Below, in pieces: positions 29,484 through 38,646 of a stretch of DNA of 64,000 nt. The notes below the pieces were generated by a model that was given only the letters and a program-made list of their open reading frames with translations, made no database searches and was not told where the DNA came from. Numbering within the stretch: the first letter of the stretch is position 1; every line of letters starts with the position of its first letter. The translations under genes and the position numbers were made by a program. Source of the stretch: an uncultured Halieaceae bacterium (lineage in GTDB: Bacteria > Pseudomonadota > Gammaproteobacteria > Pseudomonadales > Halieaceae); NCBI GenBank assembly GCA_913031575.1, contig CAJWEV010000004.1, forward strand, positions 15,310 through 79,309, in the 5' to 3' direction.

Positions 29484-31034
29484 TCATGAAGAAGCACCCT
29501 CACTCCTCGCGAGATCACCGACGACGCTCACCCGTATAAGCGAGGTTTCTGTAGCCATGTAAGGGATATCGACTTCTTCAACGTTAACGATTTTGATCGT
29601 TGCAGAGCTGGCCCCGGCGGTCACTGCTCTTTCCGATGCTATGCCAGTCAGCTTTTTAATCACGATCTCACGGCTATCCGCACCAGCGACGCGCAAGCCC
29701 TCGGCTTCCCCACTCACCTGCGCAATGGAGGCGCCAATGGCATTCGCGACATCCGCATTATCAGGGCGTACAATGGGGCAACCTGCCAATGTGTCGCCCG
29801 GGATTAGCAGAGCCCCTCCACCAACAAGGATCACAGGCAACAGAGCCCCACCCGGCTTCATCAGATCAACCGCTGCCGCCAGCTTTTTGACGATCAATGA
29901 ATCAACCGCATGACACACCTCTGCTTCCACTGGCTTGGATTGCGATGCATCGTGAATCGCAAGCCGCCCCTGTGATATGGCCACGTCGGTAAGGGTCATT
30001 TCGGACCCGCCAAAACAAAGCGCTTTTTGACGTAGGTTGCGGGCGACGGACTGAGGTCCAAAACTTCGTCCATCAGGGCCAATCAAACTGCCACCGCCCA
30101 GACCTATGGCAATGACGTCAGGCATCCGAAAGTTCGTCCGCGCGCCGCCCACGTCAATGACGAGGTTGGACTGCCGAGGAAACCCATTTTTGAGGACACC
30201 AATATCGGAAGTGGTGCCTCCTACATCAATGACGATAGCGTCAGCTAATCCTGTCAGCGCCCACGCACCCCTGATGGAATTTGTTGGTCCGGAGGCAAAG
30301 GTCAGCGCTGGGAATTGCCGCACACGCTCAAGATCGATCAGTGTTCCATCGTTCTGGCTAACGTAAACAGGGCACTGAAGCCCGAAGGCTTTGCTTGATT
30401 CGACCAATGCATTCGCGACGCGGTCAGCGAAGTCCAGAAGTGATGCATTTAAAATACTCGCGTTCTCTCGCTCGATCAGACCCAGTCCACCCATATCATG
30501 TGATGCACAGACCCTGACGCCGGGCAGTGACTCAGCCAAGCGCGCCGTCAATTGATCCTCTTGCTCAGGTTGGGTGGGCGAGAAGGCACAGGAAATGACC
30601 ACTGCCGCGGGCTGTGTATCAGATAGTGCTTGGGTCAGCTCAGAAAGCTCACGCTCCCGCAGCTCAGATAGCGGGCGTCCGTTATAGAGGTGTCCACCGT
30701 GAATTAAATAGCTGCCACCATCCGTAGCCTCGGTGAGGTCCTGAGGCCAGTCGGCACGAGGCATAAGACCTCGACCTGCCGGCAAGCATACTCGGACCGC
30801 CGCAACTTTCGACAGTTGCTTTCGCTCGACTACCGCATTGGTGAACTGGGTTGTTCCAATGGTCAGGAGATCAACCTTCGATGGACTGTACCCCTGTAAG
30901 AGGGAAGACAACGCCGCTTCGATTCCAGAGGTCACATCTTCAGTGGTCGTTGCCTTTACCCCGGCAATAACCTGACTACCATCCATCAGGACAGCATCGG
31001 TATGGGTGCCACCAACATCCAAGCCAATACGCAT
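29484..31034 (-). CDS. Hydantoinase/oxoprolinase A-family ATP-dependent protein
   Basis: GLDVGGTHTDAV, IGTTQFTNAV, SGPTNSIRGA, DVGGTTSD, GLGGGS, VANAIGA. Start refined to MRIGLD. Confidence 0.92.
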   Translation of the reverse strand: MRIGLDVGGTHTDAVLMDGSQVIAGVKATTTEDVTSGIEAALSSLLQGYSPSKVDLLTIGTTQFTNAVVERKQLSKVAAVRVCLPAGRGLMPRADWPQDLTEATDGGSYLIHGGHLYNGRPLSELRERELSELTQALSDTQPAAVVISCAFSPTQPEQEDQLTARLAESLPGVRVCASHDMGGLGLIERENASILNASLLDFADRVANALVESSKAFGLQCPVYVSQNDGTLIDLERVRQFPALTFASGPTNSIRGAWALTGLADAIVIDVGGTTSDIGVLKNGFPRQSNLVIDVGGARTNFRMPDVIAIGLGGGSLIGPDGRSFGPQSVARNLRQKALCFGGSEMTLTDVAISQGRLAIHDASQSKPVEAEVCHAVDSLIVKKLAAAVDLMKPGGALLPVILVGGGALLIPGDTLAGCPIVRPDNADVANAIGASIAQVSGEAEGLRVAGADSREIVIKKLTGIASERAVTAGASSATIKIVNVEEVDIPYMATETSLIRVSVVGDLARSEGASS

Positions 31035-31035
31035 C

Positions 31036-32304
31036 TTATTGACGCACCCAGCCAAGCCGCGCAGCAATCCAGTAGAGCACTGCCGCCGTCAGCATGGCAT
31101 CCAGTGCCGCCACTCGGGTCAGACTGCCAATAAAGCCCTCCGATGCGGTAAGGGCAACGGCAGCGCCCACTAACCACGCCAGTAAACCCCAGCGATTGAT
31201 CGGCTGATTGTCCTCGACCTCAGTGACCCGATAAGCCTCCGGTCGAGCAATAAAGTGATCAACAATAATTACGCCGGCCACGGGGATAAAAATGACTGAC
31301 AGATAAAAGAGAAAGGTCACAAAACTATCGAGAATATTAAGGAGACCTGCCGTCACACCAGTGACACCCAGAACAACCGTAACGGTGCGTGCCGATAAAC
31401 TGGGCAACGAAGCGGTGACCCCTAAGACCGCGCTGTAAAGGTTAAGTGCATTGAGTACCCACGAGCCCGCGATAATAATGATGAAGGCCCCAAGCCCTAA
31501 ACCAAGGGTTAGCATAATGCTAATAATGTCTTGCGTTTCCAGCACCATCGCTGCGCTCGCCGCCACCCACATAACAAAGGGCTGCGCGATCATGAAACTG
31601 GTGCCACTGGTCAGCAAGGCCCCGCCGGAAGTGCGCAGAAACCGCGTTATATCGGGCATAATGATGGAGCCAATTACAATTGAGCCTACTATGGCCGAAA
31701 TACCGTCGCCCAGGCTCATCTCAGCCCCAGACGTCGCCACTAAGGGCGCCGTTTGATTTGTTGCTGTGACCAACAGGGCCAGGGCAACGAAGGCCAGCAC
31801 GGGAATCATGAGCGTCGATACCAGGTTAATCGCCCGAAACCCAATGATGGTTGTCAAAGTAATCAAGAGACTCGCCATGATAGTCACTAATAGCTCTGGT
31901 GGGATGACGCCAAATAGCTCTTCAGACAGACCAGCAAGGGCAAGCCCAAAAAGATTGAGGTTGATACCAAACCAGCCCAGTAAAGAGATGGAGAACATAA
32001 GATTCACAATGCGCGCTCCAACATCTCCAAAGGCGAGACGAACCAGTAAGTAAGAGTTAAAGCCGGTTCTTGCACCAATTGAGCCCATTAACCACCCAAT
32101 AAGAAAAATAACCAGTGCGCCGCCCAAAATAGCCGCCAAAGTAAGATCTGGACCTACCCCATTCGACACTTCGATGCCCGCGATGAATGTGGGCAGCGAG
32201 AACGACACCACCGACGCCACGGCGGCCACCCGGAATGACGCCACACGCGCGTCAGTTGGGACTGCGTGAGTCGAAAATTCATCCTGCTCGGGAAGACTAC
32301 TCAT
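31036..32304 (-). CDS. NCS1 / cytosine-permease family transporter
   Basis: About 12 TM; LGWFGIN, PDITRF, NALNLYS, PVAGVIIVD; abuts the hydantoinase gene. Confidence 0.88.
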   Translation of the reverse strand: MSSLPEQDEFSTHAVPTDARVASFRVAAVASVVSFSLPTFIAGIEVSNGVGPDLTLAAILGGALVIFLIGWLMGSIGARTGFNSYLLVRLAFGDVGARIVNLMFSISLLGWFGINLNLFGLALAGLSEELFGVIPPELLVTIMASLLITLTTIIGFRAINLVSTLMIPVLAFVALALLVTATNQTAPLVATSGAEMSLGDGISAIVGSIVIGSIIMPDITRFLRTSGGALLTSGTSFMIAQPFVMWVAASAAMVLETQDIISIMLTLGLGLGAFIIIIAGSWVLNALNLYSAVLGVTASLPSLSARTVTVVLGVTGVTAGLLNILDSFVTFLFYLSVIFIPVAGVIIVDHFIARPEAYRVTEVEDNQPINRWGLLAWLVGAAVALTASEGFIGSLTRVAALDAMLTAAVLYWIAARLGWVRQ

Positions 32305-32520
32305 GGTCGCTCTTTGTCATCGTATCAGCGTTCTTGCGCGCAGATTCAATGAACCCAGCCCAGAACTGGGTCAAATGTCAGCTCAACTAAGGGTTTTTAA
32401 TGCTGGATTTGACCCAAAGGGCACGGTTCAAAACGTGCATGAAATACCTGTGCACCATCATGCGTTTCGCCGTCACGTGTGGCAACAAAAAAGCAGATGC
32501 TTTAAGGACATTTTTGAGGT

Positions 32521-32551
32521 AAAAAAAAGCCCGCAGTTTGAGCTGCGGGCT
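32521..32551 (-). terminator. Intrinsic terminator of the TonB receptor gene
   Basis: Minus strand reads AGCCCGCAG-CTCAAA-CTGCGGGCT followed by a T run. Confidence 0.88.
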
Positions 32552-32571
32552 GTTGATTTAATAAGTAGTCC

Positions 32572-35500
32572 TTACATTGAGTAGGAGAGACCCAAAACGA
32601 AGGTGCGACCACGCGGGCCAACTGGCCATGCGAACTGAGTCGCATAAGGCTCCTCGTCAGTGATGTTGTTAATCGCCGCAAAGAACGACAACTCATCGCT
32701 GTAGCGGTAGTTAGCGTTCAAGTCAGTGATGACGACTGAGTCGAAGAATCCGGCGTCACCATAGAGTGCCTGGTTGTCACCCAAACCGAGAACTTCCTCG
32801 ATTTCGTCAACACCCTGCTTACTCTGGTAAATGCTCTGCATTCCAACGGTCAGCGCACCATACTCAACTGAAGCACCGAACGACGCCGTTGTCTTCGGAC
32901 GCTGAATTTCCTGAATTTCAGGGTCAACATCAGACGCATCAAGCGGGTTAAAGAAGCGGTTCAGCTGATCCTGATGCGATCCAGTCAAACGTAGACGGAA
33001 GAAGTAATCTTCAACCGCAAACTCGTAAGATGCCGACACATCAAAACCTTCCGCTTCAAGATTCGCGAAGTTGATTTGTCCGGTCTCTAGGAAATTCAAA
33101 CCACCATCCGCACGACGCGTGAACGCGTTACAAAAGCCTAGGCTTGGATAGTTGGTTGAGTCGTAACAACCTTTAAGGATGTCACCCGCACTAACGGCCG
33201 AGATTGCATCCTCGATAGCGACGTCCCAGTAGTCTACTGTGACAGTCAGGCCTTCGATGAAGCTAGGCGTCAGAACCACGCCAATGGTATCGGTATCCGC
33301 AGTTTCTACACCCAGATTGGGGTTACCACCTGACACACCATTAAAACGCGCTGTCAGTGGGTTAGCCCACGCGTACTCGCCAGCTTCGTTGTAGATAGCA
33401 GAGTTCGCTACACCAATCGCCTGAAGTGCTGCCGCACAGTTTGCCTCTCGAACCGAAGAACCTTCGTTGATTCGCAGCGCGTCACAAGGATCTTCGTTCT
33501 TGTTAATGAAGATTGGCAGTCGTGGGTCATATAGCTCAGAGATGTTTGGTGCTCGTACAGCCTCAGAGGTTGTATAGCGGAAACGGATCTCATCAATCGG
33601 CGCCCATGTCGCACCAACCTTCCATGAAGTTGCTTCACCCAGCGTCGAATAATCCGCCTGTCGAACCGCCGCATCTACAGTCAACTCGCGTGCGAACGAG
33701 CGATCAGCGAAGATGGGAAGACGAATTTCTGCAAACACATCAGTCACATCGTAATCCCCCGATGTGTTGAACTGTTGGGTGTTATCGAATGACGTGAAGC
33801 CAAACAACCATGGAGACACCTCACTAACCTGCACGCCGGGCGTAAAGGATGTTCCCGCTGGCAGGATCCCGAGCGTCAATGGATCCAAGCGGTTGTCGCT
33901 TGACTCATCGCGGTACTCGATTCCCGCTGCGTAGCCGATAGGGCCATCTAAGAGACCACCTAGCACGTCAAAAGAACCCACCGCCGTAACGTTCAAAACA
34001 AACTGCTCAACTTCGAGCTCATCAGTTAGCCGCTCAGTGACGAAATCTTGCGCCTCTGGGCTAGCAGCATAAGAGCCAAATGGATTGAGGGGCTGACACT
34101 GGCCGTCACCAGGAGTGAAGGTATAGTAACGGTCGCTATAGAAGCTTCCCTCAGTGTAGCCGTTTGCCCATGCGAAGTAGTCAATGGGGTATGCAGCTGT
34201 TGGATCGAGGTCTGAACGACAAACAGGGTTACCGTTTGCATCCGCAACTGTGTCCATTGCTGCGTAGAAACGATCAAGCAAAATGCTTGTTGACTCAGAT
34301 TTCTGTTCAAAGATGCCCTGATTTACAGAGAATTCGACCATGTGGTCTTCACTTGGCTGCCACTCGAGTCCTGCTACTACACGTGTTGTTTCACGCGTGT
34401 ACTCAGATCCATCCTCGTGCCAGTCAAGTGCGTCTTTTGTGAAGATAAGGTAGCCAACCTGGTCCATAACAGGCTGAAGTGCAGCCGGCAAATACGGATT
34501 ATCAGCCGTGATCTCGAGGGTATCAAAGAAGCCGTCGTACTCCAAAAACGTATTTGACTCAGCTTTCACGTACTTAGTTTCTAAGAAACCTTTCAAAGTA
34601 TCGCTGAATTCATAGCTCACATTGAAATTCACAACCTGACGGTCAGTCTCAGGGTACAGCGTGTCGCGGTTGTGCCTGGCGAACGCACCGTCACCGCCAG
34701 TACCGAACAGACCATCAATTAGCACGCCATCTTGGTTGACGCGAACACTGCCGTCTGGGTTAGTCAGCCAGCAACCAGCGAGGAAGCCCACTCGACCACC
34801 CTCTGATTCCTGACAGTCAGCAATACCATTGCCGTTGATGTCGACGTAGATGTCGCCACGACCACCAAATCCAGGAGCGATTGAACCCTCGTGCGACGTC
34901 AACCAATATCGAGCGTCACTCACGACGGCTCGAGGTGGTCCGTCGGGGTCGGGATTGTTCAGCGTTAATGCGATACCGTTGTCACGCGACCACGAGCGCT
35001 CGCCAGTAAGAATACCGGCGTCATCCTCGGCACTAAGAGTCAGCACAGCATTACCGCGACCATCCGCAAAGTTGGTGCCCCATGCAATATCGAGAACCGT
35101 GGTTTCACCAGCACCACGCTCAGGACGACCCGCCGACAGATCGATCTGCAAACCTTCGAAGTCGTCTTTCAGAATGAAGTTCACAACACCGGTTACCGCG
35201 TCAGCACCGTAAACCGCTGATGCACCACCCGTTGTCACCTCAACGCTCTTGACCAAGGCGCGAGGAATCGAGCCTACATCAACCGCCTGTGAACCGCGGA
35301 AACCGGCCACGTGACGGCGGCCATTAACCAGGGTCAAGGTTCGCGAACCACCCAAACCACGAAGGTTGAGGCTGTTTGCACCAGTTGATGAGTTCTCTGC
35401 AGTAAGCGAAGAAACAAGTGCTGGGATATCAGCGACGATATCGGCAATATTAATTTCACCCGAGTTACGGATGTCTTCCTCAGATACCGCCTGAATGGGT

Positions 35501-35658
35501 ACTGAAGAGATGGCATTAGAGTCAACAGGAATGCGGGATCCCGTAACGATGACTTCTTCCAAATCTTCCTGGGCTGAAACCACGGGTGCTGCTGTGGCAA
35601 CGGCGACTACCAATGCTGCCAGTGCAAACCCGGGCTTCCGAGAGAATGACTTGTTCAT
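32572..35658 (-). CDS. TonB-dependent outer-membrane receptor
   Basis: Signal peptide; TonB box EEVIVTGSRI; plug NLRGLGGSRTLTLVNGRR and SAVYGADAVTGVVNFI; C-terminal NNITDEEP...GRTFVLGLSYSM. Start refined to MNKSF (AAGGA RBS). Confidence 0.96.
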   Translation of the reverse strand: MNKSFSRKPGFALAALVVAVATAAPVVSAQEDLEEVIVTGSRIPVDSNAISSVPIQAVSEEDIRNSGEINIADIVADIPALVSSLTAENSSTGANSLNLRGLGGSRTLTLVNGRRHVAGFRGSQAVDVGSIPRALVKSVEVTTGGASAVYGADAVTGVVNFILKDDFEGLQIDLSAGRPERGAGETTVLDIAWGTNFADGRGNAVLTLSAEDDAGILTGERSWSRDNGIALTLNNPDPDGPPRAVVSDARYWLTSHEGSIAPGFGGRGDIYVDINGNGIADCQESEGGRVGFLAGCWLTNPDGSVRVNQDGVLIDGLFGTGGDGAFARHNRDTLYPETDRQVVNFNVSYEFSDTLKGFLETKYVKAESNTFLEYDGFFDTLEITADNPYLPAALQPVMDQVGYLIFTKDALDWHEDGSEYTRETTRVVAGLEWQPSEDHMVEFSVNQGIFEQKSESTSILLDRFYAAMDTVADANGNPVCRSDLDPTAAYPIDYFAWANGYTEGSFYSDRYYTFTPGDGQCQPLNPFGSYAASPEAQDFVTERLTDELEVEQFVLNVTAVGSFDVLGGLLDGPIGYAAGIEYRDESSDNRLDPLTLGILPAGTSFTPGVQVSEVSPWLFGFTSFDNTQQFNTSGDYDVTDVFAEIRLPIFADRSFARELTVDAAVRQADYSTLGEATSWKVGATWAPIDEIRFRYTTSEAVRAPNISELYDPRLPIFINKNEDPCDALRINEGSSVREANCAAALQAIGVANSAIYNEAGEYAWANPLTARFNGVSGGNPNLGVETADTDTIGVVLTPSFIEGLTVTVDYWDVAIEDAISAVSAGDILKGCYDSTNYPSLGFCNAFTRRADGGLNFLETGQINFANLEAEGFDVSASYEFAVEDYFFRLRLTGSHQDQLNRFFNPLDASDVDPEIQEIQRPKTTASFGASVEYGALTVGMQSIYQSKQGVDEIEEVLGLGDNQALYGDAGFFDSVVITDLNANYRYSDELSFFAAINNITDEEPYATQFAWPVGPRGRTFVLGLSYSM

Positions 35659-35793
35659 CTTAGCGTCCTTTCTTGGTTTATGTCCTAGATCCATCCATAC
35701 GGGTGGATCGCACATTTTCTTTAATTATATGGCACAAACGTGCCGGCGTTACAGCTCGCACCTTGCAGTATATAGCTGTGCGCAAATGTGACA

Positions 35794-35921
35794 AGCTAAG
35801 GGCGCACCAACAGAAAAATTACCAATAAAAACAATGCTTTGTATTTTTTCGTACTTATGGAACTTCGACTAAAAGCCCCAAATTGGTGAAGTTGCGTTGA
35901 ACCATGCACCGAGTTGGTGCC
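35794..35921 (-). promoter_or_regulatory. Candidate sigma54 promoter with IHF site and tandem NtrC-type enhancer
   Basis: Minus-strand TTGG-TGCGCCCTTA-GCT (GG-N10-GC, 35794-35810); IHF-like AAACAATGCTTTG (35829-35841); NtrC-like 17-mers AGCCCCAAATTGGTGAA (35874-35890) and TGCACCGAGTTGGTGCC (35905-35921), 31 bp apart. Confidence 0.6.
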
Positions 35922-35967
35922 AACTAGCTTATGTGCACGCTTCTGTTTAAAGCGGTGTACAAGGTCT

Positions 35968-36396
35968 TCAAAAGCCTTCTGCGGCGGCGGATAACAGTGT
36001 CAAACAGGCCACCGCACGCTCCCCCGCGGTCTGCGGAACGAAGATGTGATCGTGATAAAAACCCGCAACCACATTGGCGCTAATCGCCTCGGAAGCGAGG
36101 GCTTGTGACACCGCAGCAGTGAGCCCCACCGCCTCTAAGCTCGAGTGGATATTAAGCGTAATGCGCGCCATGGACTCACTGCAGACATCGAACTCCGCGG
36201 CTCTTTCCCACGGGATAATCAGGGTCGTGCCTTCAGTCTCCCGAAACGTCGCTAGTGCGTGCTCCGCCACATACTCGCTCGAGACTTCATCCACCGACAC
36301 GAAGGCCCAGATCTGATCATCCAGCGACGGTGACATCTGCGCAATCAAGGTCAACAGATCGGACTCGCCCGTGCTTCCGCCTTCGCTCGTAATCAT
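35968..36396 (-). CDS. ACT domain-containing protein (DUF2241-like)
   Basis: GESDLLTLIAQMSPSL, FRETEGTTLI, HSSLEAVGLTAAVS, NVVAGFYHDHIFV. Start uncertain. Confidence 0.85.
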   Translation of the reverse strand: MITSEGGSTGESDLLTLIAQMSPSLDDQIWAFVSVDEVSSEYVAEHALATFRETEGTTLIIPWERAAEFDVCSESMARITLNIHSSLEAVGLTAAVSQALASEAISANVVAGFYHDHIFVPQTAGERAVACLTLLSAAAEGF

Positions 36397-36638
36397 TTTC
36401 GACAATCCTGATGAAACCAGACCCAACCCTAACACGTGGGGCGCGACTAACCACGCGATGGCTTGACCTCTTCGGTCTTGTGTTTACTTAGCCCCTGTTG
36501 GTGGGCGGCTACTGATTGGACGTTGACGAGCTCGCCATTGCCAGTCGGCGTAGACGCGACTCGCAAAGTCAGAGAAGCTGTCACACTATTACCGACCATC
36601 AGCCGGCCGACAAAGTCGACCATGTTTGGAGGAAGCTC

Positions 36639-37880
36639 ATGAAAAAATTAGCTGCGGTACTGTTGATCACCGTCTCGTCCAATATCGGCTCAGGAGCCCT
36701 TGCAGATGACCATTCAAAGCCAACGAATAAAGCAGCGGCGGTACTCGACCAAACGATCGCTGACGGAAGACTCAACTTTGCCGTAGCTGCGGTGGGTAAT
36801 GCGGGGGGACAGATCTGGTCCCATGCAGCAGGGTATCAGGACGCGGAGAAAACCAACGTCGCAAGCCCCGACAACATTATCCAGATTGCCTCGATGACCA
36901 AGCTTGTCACCACCATTGCGGCGCTAAAGCTTATGGAGCAAGGTAAACTTAACCTAGACGTCCCAATCTCTGCCTATGTACCTGAACTCAATGATCTGCA
37001 GGTACTCAAAGGCTTCGGAACAGACGAAACCCCTATTTTCGAGACAGCAAAACGCGCACCAACAGCACGCGAGCTCATGACCCATACCGCGGGCTATGTG
37101 TACGAGATTTGGAATGCGAACGCGCTCAAAGGCGCTCAACTAGGCGTTACTCCCAGCCTCTTGGGTGAGGGTAACTACCTCGAAGCACCCCTCGCTTTTC
37201 AGCCCGGCACTGCCTGGGAGTATGGCATCAATACAGACTGGCTGGGTGTCTTGGTGGAGCGTCTTTCCGGTCAACGCCTCGCGAATTATTTTGATGACAA
37301 CATCTTCATGCCGCTGAGTATGACCGACACCTTTTATGAATTGCCTGCAGACAAGCTCGACCGATCAGTAACGATGATGGCGCGTGCTGCAGAGGGTCTT
37401 GTGAAGCTACCCGGCTTCCAACCCATACCCAGAAAGAGAGGCAGCATGCCTCACTACTCAGGTGGTGGTGGTCTCTCCTCCACAGTCAAAGACTACGGTC
37501 GGGTTCTTCAAATGCTGCTGAACGGTGGGTCGCTCGATGGAAAAACTCTTCTTAAAGCCGAAACGGTCGACACCATGTTCCAGAACAATATTGGCAACAT
37601 CCAACCACTTGCGCTTTCATCCGTCATGCCGATCCTCAGTAACACCGCCGATATGAGCTTTGGAAATAAGGTGGCGTTTGGTCTGGGATTACTGCTCCAT
37701 ACAGACGGTATTGATGGCGGGCGAAAAGCGAATGCGGGCTCGTGGGCAGGACTGTTTAACTCGTATTACTGGGTAGACCGCGAGGCGGGCATCTACGGCA
37801 TCTTCGGGACACAGGTTTTACCTTTCTACGATGGGGTTGCCATCGAGACTTTGCTCGAGTTTGAGCAGGCGGTTTACTAA
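36639..37880 (+). CDS. Secreted serine hydrolase (beta-lactamase class C-like)
   Basis: SMTK (SxxK), LMTHTAG, WEYG, GGGL, WAGLFN. Start refined to MKKLAA (GGAGG RBS). Confidence 0.9.
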   Translation: MKKLAAVLLITVSSNIGSGALADDHSKPTNKAAAVLDQTIADGRLNFAVAAVGNAGGQIWSHAAGYQDAEKTNVASPDNIIQIASMTKLVTTIAALKLMEQGKLNLDVPISAYVPELNDLQVLKGFGTDETPIFETAKRAPTARELMTHTAGYVYEIWNANALKGAQLGVTPSLLGEGNYLEAPLAFQPGTAWEYGINTDWLGVLVERLSGQRLANYFDDNIFMPLSMTDTFYELPADKLDRSVTMMARAAEGLVKLPGFQPIPRKRGSMPHYSGGGGLSSTVKDYGRVLQMLLNGGSLDGKTLLKAETVDTMFQNNIGNIQPLALSSVMPILSNTADMSFGNKVAFGLGLLLHTDGIDGGRKANAGSWAGLFNSYYWVDREAGIYGIFGTQVLPFYDGVAIETLLEFEQAVY

Positions 37881-38031
37881 AAACTGACCTCTAGAATGAG
37901 ACGAGGGGCGCGCCCCTAGTTCATGTATCACTCGATCATAAAAGCGCTATCAGTCGAACATCTCAGCGGCATCAGGGGCCATCTGGTTCGATATGTGGTT
38001 AAAGATTGAGAGAAGCTCGCCGTTCAAAGTC

Positions 38032-38475
38032 TCAAAGTCCTTCACCGGACTTCGAGTAAATCACCCAAATCTTCCTGTACCCCTCAGTTTCCCAAATACC
38101 TGTCCACTCCCTAGGGATGGTGACCGCTTCGCCCGCATTGATGGTCATTTGACTCCCATCATCAGATGTAAGTGTGACGCTGCCTTCTAGGAACAACATG
38201 AATTCGTCAACGCCGTAGGGTTCAGTGATCTCAAAACGTGACTTCCCCGCCTTGTACATACCTGAGGCGAACTTGCCGTCGGAGGATTTCAGCGAAGTGA
38301 TGTCGAGAATGTTGCCGGTCGGCGTCTCAGTGATGATGGTCTTAGGGTTATCAAAGGCTTTACCCGCCAAATCGGCAGTCGTCAGCTTGGCGGGGTAAAC
38401 CGCTTCGGCGGCTACGAGGGCACCGGAACCCAACAAGCAAATTGATGCCGTAAGCTTTTTCAAATAGCGGCTCAT
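38032..38475 (-). CDS. Exported cupin-domain protein (DUF861/EutQ-like)
   Basis: SGMYKA...DEFMLFLEGSVTL...AGEAVTIPREWTGIW...RKIWV; signal-like N-terminus. Start uncertain. Confidence 0.8.
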   Translation of the reverse strand: MSRYLKKLTASICLLGSGALVAAEAVYPAKLTTADLAGKAFDNPKTIITETPTGNILDITSLKSSDGKFASGMYKAGKSRFEITEPYGVDEFMLFLEGSVTLTSDDGSQMTINAGEAVTIPREWTGIWETEGYRKIWVIYSKSGEGL

Positions 38476-38646
38476 CCAAACATCGTCGCTAGCTCTTGTC
38501 TTCATCATCAGTTCCAACTCCTCTGTTTCCAAAACTCACTATTTATCATTTAGCTGCGGGCCCGTGCGCTATGAAATCTTTCGTGACTTCTCCGAATATC
38601 GGCGCTTTCCCCAATTCAATAGGTCTATTTCATGAACCCCTAGCTT

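Noticed and set aside
32420-32470. NtrC-like half sites upstream of the NCS1 gene
   Set aside because: Only half sites (TGCACCA, GTGCA) with wrong spacing, and no GG-N10-GC found.
35730-35746. TGGCAC...TGC as a sigma54 promoter
   Set aside because: GG-to-GC spacing is 9 nt on both strands, and sigma54 requires 10.
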